Below, piece by piece: positions 20,660 to 31,209 of a stretch of 48,822 bases of DNA (its first letter is position 1; each line of letters opens with the position of its first letter). The stretch lies in UHGV virus genome UHGV-0098481, one strand, 5' to 3'. Source of the DNA: a virus. The notes below the pieces were generated by a model. It worked only from the letters and a program-made list of their open reading frames with translations, was not told the DNA's origin and ran no database searches. The translations under genes were made by a program, and so were the position numbers.

Positions 20660-21121
20660 TCACGTACTCGGATCATCTTTCTCGATGTAAAACCGATTCC
20701 ACGTAAACGCGCTTTTGTTACCACTACCGCGAGGCATGTCATTTCGCCGCTCAAGTGGTGGTATTTTGGTTAAAGCGATGCAAATTGTCTGGTATGCACT
20801 GTCAGCAGTGGTAAGGAGAGCGTCTGACGGCTGAATGACGTTATCCATGCACACTTGCACAGCGAGTTTCAAAGCGACGCCATCATTTGCCCATGCAGGG
20901 ATACCTGAATCATCGTCAGGTAACGGCATGATGCCGTTTTCTGTATCAGCAAACTGATATCCAAGCTCGATACCTTTCGCCTGCCATGCTGCCATCATGT
21001 CTTCGAGGTCATTAATGGCATCTTCAATTGCCTGAGGGTCGGCATCTGTCAACGTGGCATTGGAATACAGCCCGGCTTTTCGTAAAGCCTTTAGAACGAG
21101 ATCACCCTTCGTTTTCGCCAT
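20660..21121 (-). CDS. Head completion/tail adaptor gp4-like
   Basis: 153 aa; MAKTKGDLVLKALRKAGL...TLTD...DLE.MMA resembles P22 gp4 N-terminus. Confidence 0.8.
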   Translation of the reverse strand: MAKTKGDLVLKALRKAGLYSNATLTDADPQAIEDAINDLEDMMAAWQAKGIELGYQFADTENGIMPLPDDDSGIPAWANDGVALKLAVQVCMDNVIQPSDALLTTADSAYQTICIALTKIPPLERRNDMPRGSGNKSAFTWNRFYIEKDDPST

Positions 21122-21290
21122 CTTCTTCCGCCTTAGCCACTTTTTGCTTCGTTGCGGTTTCTTCAGGAGTTTTTACCCAACCTTTTTTCAGGTGAGATTT
21201 AACTTCTTCGTCATCAACAATGATGTAATCGACAGCAAACTGACCACAGGTGATCATGTTGCCCGGCTTATAGAGCATTGTTCGTGCCAT
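21102..21290 (-). CDS. Small hypothetical protein between coat and gp4
   Basis: ORF 21102-21329, start chosen at MARTM with GGGAGA upstream. Confidence 0.4.
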   Translation of the reverse strand: MARTMLYKPGNMITCGQFAVDYIIVDDEEVKSHLKKGWVKTPEETATKQKVAKAEEDGENEG

Positions 21291-21299
21291 TGTCTTCTC

Positions 21300-21325
21300 C
21301 CAATAAAAATGGGGCCGAAGCCCCA
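21300..21325 (-). terminator. Hairpin plus T-tract immediately after coat gene stop (terminator/attenuator)
   Basis: ggggc-cgaa-gcccc on plus strand; minus-strand transcript has hairpin followed by AUUUUUAUU. Confidence 0.55.
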
Positions 21326-21331
21326 CCAAAA

Positions 21332-22591
21332 TTACTGCCCGGCAATAACGATGCCCGTATATTCAGGAACAAGTACAGAGCAGCCGTACAGAGTGGTGAA
21401 ACGCGCAGTGGTTACGCCTTTGATGTGGTCGAAGGCGTAAGACATGATCAGCGTAGCGCCCTGCTCGGTGGTTGCCGTCATTACCTGTGGACCCTGACCA
21501 GTCGGGAACGCCAGTTTGCCGTACATCAGCTCAACAGAACCATCAGCCCAGAACAGGTTAGCAGGTGCTGCGTTCTTGTTGAGAATGGTGATTGCTGCAG
21601 TTTCTGCCGGCTTGGCATCGACGTTTGCATATGGACGGCTCGCAACATCGGCATTTCCAACAGGGAGAATCTTTGGAGAGATTGTTACGGTGGTTCCTGC
21701 TGTGTCTACTGCCAGAACGCGGAATACCTGCGGCTGCCCGGTGGTATCTTTGGTGATCTGGTGTACGGAATTCACACCTGCGATGGTAAACGCATCGCCA
21801 ACCTGCAAGCCTTTAGCAGATACCGTAATGGTCCCCTGTCGGTTATCAACAGGCATGCCATTTGAATCTTTCGCTTCAACCTTGTGTTCAGGTTGATTTG
21901 ATACTGTCAAGGTTTCAGTGCTTCCTGCCGGTAATCGACCGGAAATATCGGTCTTGTAGCTATCAAAGGAAGCAACCGGAGGGATCTGCGCTTTTTCGTA
22001 TGCTGTCAGGGTTGCGCCCTGAGCGTAGGCACGGTGACCAAGCTCGCCAGCAAGGTCTTTGTAGTTGAATGGGTCCCAGAAAGAGCGACGGTTGATACCC
22101 TGAGGTACACCAATCGCCGTCATGGTGGCATCAATATCTGCCGCACCATTCCACAAGGCAAGGCCCCGTGAGCCATTTTCTGAGGCAGGAATTGCGACCA
22201 CGTTAGTAGCACGCTGCGTAACCATGGAAATCAGGTCAGAGTCAATCTGTGCAGCAAGGCGCATACCTGCAGCGCGACCAGCTTCAGTTTTATGTTCCGG
22301 GTCACGCATTTCACGCGCATCCAGAGTGTACAGTATGTTTTTCGGCTCCTTGAACACAGAAGGAACAAGGCGCTGAACCAGTGCTGTTGGCGTTTTGCCG
22401 CTGAGGTCTAGGCCTTCCTCAATGTTCATGTGGTAATGCTGCGGACGATACAGAACATCACCTGCTCGCTGCATTGCTGTATCACCGGGACGGAATTTTT
22501 TAGCGTTACGGGAAACTACGCAGGCGGCCTCAAAGCCTTCAACGTAGTTTTCGAACATGATTTCAAGGTCTTTTGCTAATTGGTTAGTCAT
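21332..22591 (-). CDS. Major coat protein (P22/Sf6-like)
   Basis: 419 aa, synteny after scaffold; HK97-fold coat of P22-like phages by position and size. Confidence 0.85.
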   Translation of the reverse strand: MTNQLAKDLEIMFENYVEGFEAACVVSRNAKKFRPGDTAMQRAGDVLYRPQHYHMNIEEGLDLSGKTPTALVQRLVPSVFKEPKNILYTLDAREMRDPEHKTEAGRAAGMRLAAQIDSDLISMVTQRATNVVAIPASENGSRGLALWNGAADIDATMTAIGVPQGINRRSFWDPFNYKDLAGELGHRAYAQGATLTAYEKAQIPPVASFDSYKTDISGRLPAGSTETLTVSNQPEHKVEAKDSNGMPVDNRQGTITVSAKGLQVGDAFTIAGVNSVHQITKDTTGQPQVFRVLAVDTAGTTVTISPKILPVGNADVASRPYANVDAKPAETAAITILNKNAAPANLFWADGSVELMYGKLAFPTGQGPQVMTATTEQGATLIMSYAFDHIKGVTTARFTTLYGCSVLVPEYTGIVIAGQ

Positions 22592-22609
22592 GCTTAATGC
22601 TCCGATAGG

Positions 22610-23503
22610 TTATTTTTTTGCCTTTTTAGCGGCGAAATACGGCGTCCAGTCACCAGTTTCCAGCGCCTTGGCTTTCAGTTTGTCGAGGTTATTGATTACT
22701 GCGCCGTTGCTCCCCTTAACTGTCGGGGTTGTGGCTGCCGTGGTTTTTGCTTTTGGCATGATTCTGGCCTTAGATTCGATACGTTCCAGCAGACGACCAA
22801 TTGCTACGGGGTTGGTAGCTTCTGCCAGTTGCTTGCGCAGTTCAGCGTTGCGACCAAGCGCCAGAACAACGATTTCCGGCTTCTCTGACTCAAGAAGGAT
22901 CATGTCCTGAATATGAACAGGAACATCTTCGCGTACAGCCTGCTCTGCATCCTGGTAGCCAGCCACTTTCAGTGCTTTTACTCTCTGCATGTAATTGGCT
23001 GCTTTCTGCTGAAGCGTTGCGGTACGCGCCTCTTCCTCTCGTTTCCGCTCTCGTACTTGCTCCTGGTATTTGCCGTTTTCCTCTGCCCACTTAGCCATAC
23101 GTTGCTGATAGATTTCTTCATCGAAACCGATGTCCTCATCATCCAGTTTTGGCATTCGCGGTGGTTGAGTGATTACCGGCTGCTGCTCGACGGGTTTCTG
23201 AGACTGACGCATCAGCTCTTTCAGCTCGCGGTCTTTCTCTTTAATCGTCTTGCGCAGGTGTTTTACCAGTCCATGCTCTGCGCCATCTTCGCTGGTTGGC
23301 GAATCCAGCTTTTCGTCACCAAAGTAGAATTCCTGTTCTGATTCGTCGTCATCAGTTTCAGTGGCTTCCTCTGCATCATCGCCGGAGGACTCTCTGCCAT
23401 CTTCTGTTTCGACTTCTTCAGCCAGTTCGACATCATCAGGAATCTGCTCTGACGCGTCGGTTTCGATTTCAACTTCTGGTGTGTTTTCTGCCATCTGGTC
23501 CAT
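22610..23503 (-). CDS. Scaffolding protein
   Basis: 297 aa, highly acidic N-terminus, charged helical composition, position between portal and coat. Confidence 0.8.
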   Translation of the reverse strand: MDQMAENTPEVEIETDASEQIPDDVELAEEVETEDGRESSGDDAEEATETDDDESEQEFYFGDEKLDSPTSEDGAEHGLVKHLRKTIKEKDRELKELMRQSQKPVEQQPVITQPPRMPKLDDEDIGFDEEIYQQRMAKWAEENGKYQEQVRERKREEEARTATLQQKAANYMQRVKALKVAGYQDAEQAVREDVPVHIQDMILLESEKPEIVVLALGRNAELRKQLAEATNPVAIGRLLERIESKARIMPKAKTTAATTPTVKGSNGAVINNLDKLKAKALETGDWTPYFAAKKAKK

Positions 23504-23593
23504 TTGTTACCCCTGTTTACTCGATGTTCAGCCCATCGGAAGGCAATAGGGTGCCAGGCCTCATAAAGACAGCCATTGCACGTTATGGGTTAA

Positions 23594-25792
23594 TTACTGC
23601 TGTGGTTGTTGCTGAGTTGATTTTTGCAGGATGCTGCTGATGTCCATGCGCTGCGCATGGCCCTGTGCCTGACTTTTCAGGACAAGCTCTGCATCAGCAC
23701 GGGCATTATCTCCTTGCTGTTGCTGGAACTGTCCGAGCAGTTTCAGCGCCTCACGGATGTCAGATTTTTGCTGGCTATCGGCAGATGCGAGGATTTTCAC
23801 AACATTTGCCGCAGCAACCTGAGCATCCGTCTGTGCCTGGAATGCTTTAACCTGAATGGCTGCTTGTTCGTTCTGCGCTTTCTGCAATTCAGCCTGACCA
23901 GCAAGAAGCTGACCTTGCGCAGCAACCATAGCCGGATCTGGCTGACTGGCCTGTTGTCGTTTCGCCTGCTCAACCATTTGCTGTTCTTCAGGCGTTCTCG
24001 GCTTGATAACGCCAGACAGAAGCAACTGATTGCGGTTGTATTCTTTAAGGTCGTCCATCCCTTCGCCGTCCATATTGTCGAGAATCATCGACGATACAAG
24101 GTCGTGCTTCGGCGTCCCTGGCGGGATAAGTGCCAGCATGGAAAGTAACGACTTAACCGTTGCATCACGGCGAGTAGCGAACGACTGACCGACATCGACA
24201 GTCACTTCATAGTTGCCCTGCGAAAGGTCATTAAGCGCGATAACCTGCCCTGTCTGACGGTCAACAACTTCACCAGTCATCAGCGCCACGTCATCGCTGC
24301 CGTCCTCATTAACGATACGCATCGGCGTATCACTGCCATAGACCTCACGCGCCATAGAAAGCCACACGACGCCAGCGCGGCGCATGGATTTAGCCATGTT
24401 GTCCATGTAGATATAGGACTGCGTATCCATCCGGTTAAAAATGCTATCAACGGTATCGGTGGCGACGTTGCTCGGCATGTTCTCAAGCTGCGACGCACCT
24501 GTAATTTGCTGAATAGCCGTTCCGGTGTACTGCAATAGCCCGGCAAGAGCTGGCGGCATTTGTGTCGGAGGTGTATAACTGCTGACCTGAGCCTGCGCAG
24601 TAATATCTCCGTTTTTGTTTTTCAGACTGACCATCGGCAGGAACGCCGGGCGCTTTTTGTTGCGCTCCGCCCAATGAGTGGCAAGAGGACCAGGAATCAT
24701 GTCAACATCAACTACAGGAATGCCATCACCGCCAGCCTGAGTAGCGTTATCTGCAATCATGGAAACCATCAGGTTCTCAAGACGCTGTGCATCCATCGCT
24801 TTTGCTGCGTGGCCTTCTATTCGCTCCTGATTATCAACAAATGAGCGACGCCCATATACCGGGATGAGAGGAATATGTTCGCCCGGAATACGCTTCGGTT
24901 CTTCCAGCCATTCAGCGCCAGACAGAAGACCGCAATAAACTCTGCGTTTCTTCACTGTCCGCTCACCAATCAGTTCGAATGCGCCATCGGTCAGCTCGTC
25001 GACAATATCTTTGATTTGCTCTTCATCATAGATTGCCGTTTCTCCGCTGACAGGGTTACGCCACGCCGTGAGCTTCACCTTCTCTATGCGAACTTCGTAG
25101 TAGCGTCCAACATAGATGGCATCGGGCGTTGACCAGTCATATTGAGTGCCAGTGTCATCACGAGAAAGGCTTGCCGCGATGGAATCAGGGTATTCAGCCT
25201 CGAACGCTTTAGGCGTCATGGAGAACATTTCCATAGCCCACATAGCATCAGAACGGTCATATTGCTTGCTGTCCTGATCGAAGAAGACGCATGTCGCTGG
25301 GTCGTAAACAGGAAGAAGGCTGATGCGTCGCTGCTCGTTACTCGGATCCATTTCATCTTCGTAATCGGCACACATGCGGAAACAACCGAATCCGCCCGTT
25401 ACAGCATCATCAAATGCGTTATCACACGCTTCACCACCGGATGTTTCCTGATAATCAGCGCGGAATTTGCCGTTCATCTTTTCGGCTAACGCTTCCGATG
25501 CCTTATCGTCCTTCGGCCTGAATTTAACGCTGATGCGATTCTGCCGATACTCGCCAATGATGCGATCGCATTCACGGGCAATCTTATTCAGTTCAAAGCG
25601 CGGATAATGCTCAAACCTGCCTTCATCAAATGAGTAACCAGCGTTTGTGCTGCCTTCCCACTGTGCGCCGGATACCCGGACGAAACGTTGAGCCTCAATA
25701 ATCTGCTCGCGCATATCCTGCGTTGCTGACCAGGCATTATCAAAGTTGCACAGCACCTTGCGATGCCAGTCAGTCATCTTTTTTTCTGCCAT
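23594..25792 (-). CDS. Portal protein (P22 gp1-like)
   Basis: 732 aa; conserved core (…RRRVY…GEHIPLIPV…) and Gln-rich C-terminal barrel region typical of P22-like portals. Confidence 0.9.
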   Translation of the reverse strand: MAEKKMTDWHRKVLCNFDNAWSATQDMREQIIEAQRFVRVSGAQWEGSTNAGYSFDEGRFEHYPRFELNKIARECDRIIGEYRQNRISVKFRPKDDKASEALAEKMNGKFRADYQETSGGEACDNAFDDAVTGGFGCFRMCADYEDEMDPSNEQRRISLLPVYDPATCVFFDQDSKQYDRSDAMWAMEMFSMTPKAFEAEYPDSIAASLSRDDTGTQYDWSTPDAIYVGRYYEVRIEKVKLTAWRNPVSGETAIYDEEQIKDIVDELTDGAFELIGERTVKKRRVYCGLLSGAEWLEEPKRIPGEHIPLIPVYGRRSFVDNQERIEGHAAKAMDAQRLENLMVSMIADNATQAGGDGIPVVDVDMIPGPLATHWAERNKKRPAFLPMVSLKNKNGDITAQAQVSSYTPPTQMPPALAGLLQYTGTAIQQITGASQLENMPSNVATDTVDSIFNRMDTQSYIYMDNMAKSMRRAGVVWLSMAREVYGSDTPMRIVNEDGSDDVALMTGEVVDRQTGQVIALNDLSQGNYEVTVDVGQSFATRRDATVKSLLSMLALIPPGTPKHDLVSSMILDNMDGEGMDDLKEYNRNQLLLSGVIKPRTPEEQQMVEQAKRQQASQPDPAMVAAQGQLLAGQAELQKAQNEQAAIQVKAFQAQTDAQVAAANVVKILASADSQQKSDIREALKLLGQFQQQQGDNARADAELVLKSQAQGHAQRMDISSILQKSTQQQPQQ

Positions 25793-25793
25793 A

Positions 25794-27209
25794 TCAACCT
25801 ACACCACAAGGAATTGAGTAACTGGAATAGTCGGGTTGCGCAGCCGACTCCGGGCAATGCATACACATCATCAGCGCATCAGCCAGGTTAGGAGATGGAA
25901 TACCGAGCTTCTGCTTCATTTCGACCTTAGTCATTAGCTCCAGCTTCCCGTTGTTATTGAATTTGCGCTGAATCTGCGTCAGCTCTGCAAACAGCTTCTC
26001 CAGCATCTTCTCGCCTATCGCTTCTTTGTCGAAACTCAGCATGTCGTCGGGGTCTGCATACTCACCGTGGACAACCGCCCGATATGTCAGATACAACCTG
26101 TCAGCCAGCGCGTAATAGAATTGCGCTCGCTTATTGCGGAACACATCGCCAATAGTGCGAACGTTGTCGCCCTGCACGACTTCATCAGCCCATGCTCCAG
26201 CCTGATATGGTGCATCTTCATCAAATGGCGATTCGCTGCCCTTGAACATCGTGGCGGTGATTTTCTTGCCGGAGAATGCTTCCGTTGTCTGTCTGCGTAG
26301 CCCTGCACCGACACCATCGCCATCCCACAGGTAATGGTCAGCGCCGTCTTCAATCGCCAGCGAAGTAGCCCAGTCAGCACCCTCGTTGATGTCCATCAGC
26401 AGACCTTCGGCAATGCGCTTAACTACCGAACCGTGACGCGATGCATAACCTTTAGCATCTGGCCCTGTATCTGACGGGTCATGTGCAGAAACAACAGCGC
26501 CTTTCGCTTTCCATCCGAGTTTCTTGTGCGCATCGGTTGCAGCTTCAAGCCATTCACGTTTGATGATTGCCATATCACTTGCGCTTACCGGCTCACCAAG
26601 CCAGATGTGACGATACAGTGTCGGATTTCTGCGTTTGCACTCTTCCATCTCCAGACGGAGAACTTCAGGAAAGTGCGGGTTGTCGGTGTAGTTCACCGTC
26701 AGCAGACAAATATCATCAGGAGGATTTACGACGAATCGCTGATAGGTATCGTCGAGGATGTTCTTCGGGTTAAAGCTCACCCATATTTCAGAGAACGGCT
26801 TACGGATGGTTGGTATCAGGATATCCCATGATTCCTTCGTTACCGCCTCCGCTTCTTCCACCCAGCAGATATCAATGCCTTCGAGCGATTTAATCTTCGT
26901 CGGGTTGTTTTTGATGCCGTAGAACATGAACTCAGCATTCGTTCCGAGATGACGAATCATGGAACGCTGAATTTCAAACTCAGCCGAATACCCTTCCCGC
27001 TCTATGGTGTCTTCAAGCAACCGGATTACCGAATCGCTGATACTGTTTTGCAGTTCACGAGCGCAAAGAATACGCACAGGCTGCCGACGCGCCGCTTCAA
27101 CAAGCAGCCTCGCAATTGCCCATGATTTACCGCTACCTCGACCGCCTTTGGCGACTTTGTAGCGATGCGCCTTAATGAACGGTTCAAAGATAGGATTAAT
27201 CGAGGTCAT
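25794..27209 (-). CDS. Terminase large subunit (P22 gp2-like)
   Basis: 471 aa; Walker A KGGRGSGKS; near-identical to P22/Sf6 large terminase as remembered. Confidence 0.9.
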   Translation of the reverse strand: MTSINPIFEPFIKAHRYKVAKGGRGSGKSWAIARLLVEAARRQPVRILCARELQNSISDSVIRLLEDTIEREGYSAEFEIQRSMIRHLGTNAEFMFYGIKNNPTKIKSLEGIDICWVEEAEAVTKESWDILIPTIRKPFSEIWVSFNPKNILDDTYQRFVVNPPDDICLLTVNYTDNPHFPEVLRLEMEECKRRNPTLYRHIWLGEPVSASDMAIIKREWLEAATDAHKKLGWKAKGAVVSAHDPSDTGPDAKGYASRHGSVVKRIAEGLLMDINEGADWATSLAIEDGADHYLWDGDGVGAGLRRQTTEAFSGKKITATMFKGSESPFDEDAPYQAGAWADEVVQGDNVRTIGDVFRNKRAQFYYALADRLYLTYRAVVHGEYADPDDMLSFDKEAIGEKMLEKLFAELTQIQRKFNNNGKLELMTKVEMKQKLGIPSPNLADALMMCMHCPESAAQPDYSSYSIPCGVG

Positions 27210-27646
27210 TTTCCGAATAGAGTGCTCATCGGTGATGTTTCAATCTGGATTGCGCCGCCGTCTTTGCCTGTTAGCTCGTGATCAACCTTGTCGCGCCATT
27301 TATCCTTCTGTCGGTTCTTAAGCCAGAAGATGGCAGCTGTTGTATCAGGAGGGTAATACTTCTCAAGCGGAGTTTCGACAATTCTGTTTTCAATAACACG
27401 AATATCGATGTCTGGAGCCACGAAGCCCATAGCGCGTTGATAAAGACGGTCACTAACTTCTGCATCAGCGACGGCCTTACCCTTTTTTATGGACTCCGAA
27501 AACTTAGGATAATCAAGCTTCCACTTGTTAATAGTTGACTCACTGACTTCAAAGAAATCAGCAAGTTCTGCATCGGTGTAGCCCAGCAAGCACAGTTTGC
27601 GTGCCTGTTCGGCATACGCCTCTTGATACTTTGTTGGGCGCGCCAT
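27206..27646 (-). CDS. Terminase small subunit (Sf6 gp1-like)
   Basis: 146 aa; N-terminal HTH, C-terminus ...LTGKDGGAIQIETSPMSTLFGK matches Sf6-type small terminase; overlaps large terminase start. Confidence 0.85.
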   Translation of the reverse strand: MARPTKYQEAYAEQARKLCLLGYTDAELADFFEVSESTINKWKLDYPKFSESIKKGKAVADAEVSDRLYQRAMGFVAPDIDIRVIENRIVETPLEKYYPPDTTAAIFWLKNRQKDKWRDKVDHELTGKDGGAIQIETSPMSTLFGK

Positions 27647-27648
27647 GT

Positions 27649-27891
27649 TTATGCTCCGGTGGTGAACAGGTCTAACGCTTCCTTCGATTTACGCACCGCT
27701 TCGATAGTGCGGGTCGTGATATCTGAATTAGCGCCACCTGACTGGAAGTGAATTTTGAATAGCTCAAGCTTCAGTTCGTCAGTGCCAATGAATTGAAATG
27801 CTTCTTCTGCGGCTGCGTTCCGGTTCATGACCAGTTTGTAAATCTCTAACTGGAATTTCTGTTCTTCAGTCATGGGAATAATCTCTGCCAT
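27649..27891 (-). CDS. Hypothetical protein upstream of terminase
   Basis: 80-aa ORF, co-directional, 2-nt gap to the small terminase gene. Confidence 0.5.
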   Translation of the reverse strand: MAEIIPMTEEQKFQLEIYKLVMNRNAAAEEAFQFIGTDELKLELFKIHFQSGGANSDITTRTIEAVRKSKEALDLFTTGA

Positions 27892-28185
27892 TGTTGGCTC
27901 CGTTTATCCGTTAAAAGGGATATCAGTTAAGTTATCCCGTGTAGGGTATAAGCCATTGTCGAGACCACTCATTGAATGGTCTCTGCAATAACCGATGTCT
28001 TTCCATCAGTCCGCCACCACAAAGAATCTTTTTTGCCATAAGGCAGGAGGTTCATCTTTCAGTGGCTGCCAGTGTTATTTCCCCACTTTCTGGCTTGGGT
28101 TGTTTCGCTGTACTGCCGTAACTGGTTTCCCAGAATAAATTCCGGTTTCATTATCAAGCCCACCCGTAGATGGGCTTTGTAATGG

Positions 28186-28473
28186 CTACTTCTTCAGAAC
28201 TGATTCGATGAATTCACGTCGGGGATGACGATAGTTCAGAATATCTTCTGGCATCCTCATAAAGCGGTTGTTGCCGTCTTTGGCAGTAACAAAACAGCTG
28301 TGAACTCCGCAGACATCCGTTTTGATTGTGTCGCTATACTCAAAAAGCAACTGAGCCATCTTCTCTTGCCATTCTGGCGGCATAGCCTCCATGAATACTC
28401 GCGGCATCACGCAGAACGGCGCATGCGTAAGACCAAACCACAGTTGCAGGTCTTTACGATATTCTTCATCCAT
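28186..28473 (-). CDS. Hypothetical protein
   Basis: ORF 28186-28593, start at internal MDEEYRKD with SD-like AAAGG upstream. Confidence 0.45.
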   Translation of the reverse strand: MDEEYRKDLQLWFGLTHAPFCVMPRVFMEAMPPEWQEKMAQLLFEYSDTIKTDVCGVHSCFVTAKDGNNRFMRMPEDILNYRHPRREFIESVLKK

Positions 28474-28692
28474 CGTCTTTACCTTTGTTGCAATAAAAAG
28501 CCCCGCAAATGCGAGGCTAAATCCTGGTATTTGTAATGAACTGGCTCTTATCTCAACGCAGCCCCTTACTGCGCGCCAGATGCTCAATATCAAGCATCAG
28601 CAATGAGATGTTTAATCTGGATTCACTCCAGAAGTGATCACCACCCTGTCTACAGAGCCAGATGTGAAGGATGATGAGTAAAATTATCGCTA

Positions 28693-29130
28693 TCATCGAA
28701 GGCATTGCGTCCTGATGTATTCCTGCAGGTAGTTAACCTGCGCGGTTATCCTGTCGATTCCACTTCTGAGACGGTAATAATTGAGTTCAGCATCTGCTGT
28801 AAGTCTTGGGCTTTCTCCATCGCCCATGCTGCTGGCTCCGGTCGTTGACTTTGCACAGGTGGCGGCGACTTGCAGGCGCTTACGACCAGCAGAAACATCA
28901 GCACGGAGACTTTCGATAGTCGCGTTAGCATCAGCAAGCTCCTTTGTGTATCTGGCGTCAAGTTCTGCTACATCACGTTGACGCTTCTGCATGTCAGCGA
29001 TTGTGGATGTGGCCTTATCGCGCTGCTCTTTGTAGGCGATTGCATTATCACGGTAATGATTAACAGCCCATGACAGGCAGACGATGATGCAGATAACCAG
29101 AGCGGAGATAATCGCGGTGACTCTGCTCAT
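28693..29130 (-). CDS. Rz: Spanin, inner-membrane subunit Rz
   Basis: Near-identical to lambda Rz as remembered; N-terminal TM. Confidence 0.9.
   Translation of the reverse strand: MSRVTAIISALVICIIVCLSWAVNHYRDNAIAYKEQRDKATSTIADMQKRQRDVAELDARYTKELADANATIESLRADVSAGRKRLQVAATCAKSTTGASSMGDGESPRLTADAELNYYRLRSGIDRITAQVNYLQEYIRTQCLR
28746..28931 (-). CDS. Rz1: Spanin, outer-membrane lipoprotein Rz1 (embedded in Rz, +1 frame)
   Basis: Embedded ORF with lipoprotein signal ending VVSAC and Pro-rich mature part; start chosen at MLTRLSKV. Confidence 0.7.
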   Translation of the reverse strand: MLTRLSKVSVLMFLLVVSACKSPPPVQSQRPEPAAWAMEKAQDLQQMLNSIITVSEVESTG

Positions 29131-29603
29131 ACCTCAATCTCTCTGACCGTTCCGCCTGCTTCTTTGAATTTTGCAATCAGGTTGTCAGCCTTATGCTCGA
29201 ACTGACCATAACCAGCGCCCGGCAGTGAAGCCCAGATATTGCTGCAACGGTCGATTGCCTGACGGATATCACCGCGATCAATCATCGGCAAAGCGCCACG
29301 CTCCTTAATCTGCTGCAATGCAACAGCATCCTGGCTTTTAGGAGAGAAGTCTTTCAGGCCAAGCTGCTTACGGTAGGCGTCCCACCAACGGGAAAGAAGC
29401 TGGTAACGTCCGGCAGCTGTTGATTTGAGTTTGGGGTTTAGCGTGACAAGTTTGCGAGGGTGATCTGAGTAATCAGTGAATAGCTCTCCGCCAACAATGA
29501 CGTCATAACCATGATTTCTGGTTTTCTGACGTCCGTTATCAGTTCCCTCTGACCACGCCAGCATATCGAGGAACGCCTTACGTTGATTATTGATTTCCAC
29601 CAT
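29127..29603 (-). CDS. R: Endolysin R (lytic transglycosylase)
   Basis: 158 aa, matches lambda R as remembered ([26 protein letters not shown]...). Confidence 0.9.
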   Translation of the reverse strand: MVEINNQRKAFLDMLAWSEGTDNGRQKTRNHGYDVIVGGELFTDYSDHPRKLVTLNPKLKSTAAGRYQLLSRWWDAYRKQLGLKDFSPKSQDAVALQQIKERGALPMIDRGDIRQAIDRCSNIWASLPGAGYGQFEHKADNLIAKFKEAGGTVREIEV

Positions 29604-29910
29604 CTTCTACTCCGGCTTTTTTAGCAGCGAAGCGTTTGATAAGCGAACCAATCGAGTCAGTACCGATGTAGCCAATGAACACGCTCGTTATATAAGCGAG
29701 ATTGCTACTTAGTCCGGCGAAGTCGAGAAGGTCACGAATGAACCAGGCGATAATGGCGCACATCGTTGCGTCGATTACTGTTTTTGTAAACGCACCGCCA
29801 TTATATCTGCCGCGAAGGTACGCCATTGCAAACGCAAGGATTGCCCCGATGCCTTGTTCCTTTGCCGCGAGAATGGCGGCTAACAGGTCATGTTTTTCTG
29901 GCATCTTCAT
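29587..29910 (-). CDS. S: Holin S (dual-start S107/S105)
   Basis: 107 aa, matches lambda S ([20 protein letters not shown]...). Confidence 0.9.
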   Translation of the reverse strand: MKMPEKHDLLAAILAAKEQGIGAILAFAMAYLRGRYNGGAFTKTVIDATMCAIIAWFIRDLLDFAGLSSNLAYITSVFIGYIGTDSIGSLIKRFAAKKAGVEDGGNQ

Positions 29911-30505
29911 GTCTTACCCACAATAAGGGGATTTGCTCTATTTAATTAGGAATAAGGTCGATTACTGATAGAACAAATCCAGGCTACTGTGTTTAGTAAT
30001 CAGATTTGTTCGTGACCGATATGCACGGGCAAAACGGCATGAGGTTGTTAGCGCAACCTCCTGCCACCGCTTTCACGAAGGTCATGTGTAGAAAGACGCA
30101 GCATAACTATCACTGATGAATTCAGGATAGCCAGTGGCTACGGCTCAGGTTGGGTTGTGGCGGTCGGTGCTGAACTCCGACTTAATGACGATAGGCGTGT
30201 ACCGACGCCTCGTTTTACTTCCTCCGCTTTCACGGCTTCACCCTAGACCAGCTTTACGAAATCCTCGTAAACCTAACCGCGGCAGATATGACCGGCACGG
30301 TGTGCCATATCACGGACCGGCGGGTGTCTCGTTCACCTGATTAACGCATCAGCCTGCGTATTCACCACAACGATAAGAGCACTGCGCGGCACCTTTCACC
30401 AATTCCGCGAGGTCTGCGGGTTCAATGCTCTTACCTGTTGTGCAAACAAAAAAGCCACCGTTGCAACTTAAGAGTCACTAACGGCAGCTTACCCTCTAAT
30501 TATGG
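29911..30505 (-). promoter_or_regulatory. Late promoter/antitermination region between Q-like gene and holin
   Basis: Minus strand just downstream of the Q-like stop has TTGACA-18 nt-CATAAT, followed by a GC-rich segment and T-run; exact qut/terminator not resolved. Confidence 0.35.
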
Positions 30506-31024
30506 CTAAATGGCTAATTGCATGTCAAGGCTTTTAACAGCAACATGCTTAACTTTCTCAACACGTTTACGCATTTTGAAAGCATTTTGCATTGGTTGGT
30601 ACAAAACAAATAATGACGCTTTCAGGATATCGTCAATTTCGTTTCTACAGGTTGCCAGTGAAGGTTTTCTCCATCCCTCGCCACCGCGTCCACACATCTT
30701 GCGTGGCTTTGCAGTCGCGTGATAGTAGGATGCAATTGCTCTCTTAGATGAACCATGAGCGTAGTAGCTGAGGAGGATGCCAAAGGCTTTCTTGTCAATG
30801 TACATGACGGAATCGACGACCTGAGAAATCAACATTCCATCATCATCATTACACATTGGCCTTGTCATAATTCTTCCCGGCTCTACGCTCTCCATGAACT
30901 TCGCTATTACGCTGCTCATGCGCTTTTCCAGACGACCTGAATAAACCCATGCGCCCCACAGTTCAAGCCAGCCATTCAGCCACTCGTGCTGCTCTTTGGT
31001 GAGGTTTAGTTCTCTTATGCTCAT
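30506..31024 (-). CDS. Late-gene antiterminator Q (QuuD/phage 21-82 type, not lambda Q)
   Basis: 172 aa; LELWGAW...CNDDDGMLIS...LLSYYAHG resembles QuuD-family Q; position between ninH and lysis genes. Confidence 0.7.
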   Translation of the reverse strand: MSIRELNLTKEQHEWLNGWLELWGAWVYSGRLEKRMSSVIAKFMESVEPGRIMTRPMCNDDDGMLISQVVDSVMYIDKKAFGILLSYYAHGSSKRAIASYYHATAKPRKMCGRGGEGWRKPSLATCRNEIDDILKASLFVLYQPMQNAFKMRKRVEKVKHVAVKSLDMQLAI

Positions 31025-31209
31025 CGTCTTCCCCTCTTGCCTTGTTTGACCATCAGGACGCCGTTAACTATTACGTGACGCTCGCCTTTGCTGTCTCGGT
31101 TGTACTTGAGCACTGTTCCTCTTGCGCAGGAAAGCATCCTCGCCACTTCGGTCTGATTGCCTCGTGTCTGGATAAGAAGCTCTGGTATCGTTTGAATTGT
31201 GGCGTTCAT
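31021..31209 (-). CDS. ninH: NinH-like protein
   Basis: 62 aa; ...YGNQTEVARMLSCARGTVLKY... resembles lambda NinH. Confidence 0.7.
   Translation of the reverse strand: MNATIQTIPELLIQTRGNQTEVARMLSCARGTVLKYNRDSKGERHVIVNGVLMVKQGKRGRR

Noticed and set aside
21278-22376. Plus-strand ORFs antisense to the coat gene (21278-21865, 21516-21896, 22122-22376)
   Set aside because: Antisense to a strongly supported structural gene; typical GC-rich shadow ORFs.
23624-24148. 174-aa plus-strand ORF antisense to the portal gene
   Set aside because: Shadow ORF within the portal gene; Leu/Arg-rich composition typical of an antisense frame.
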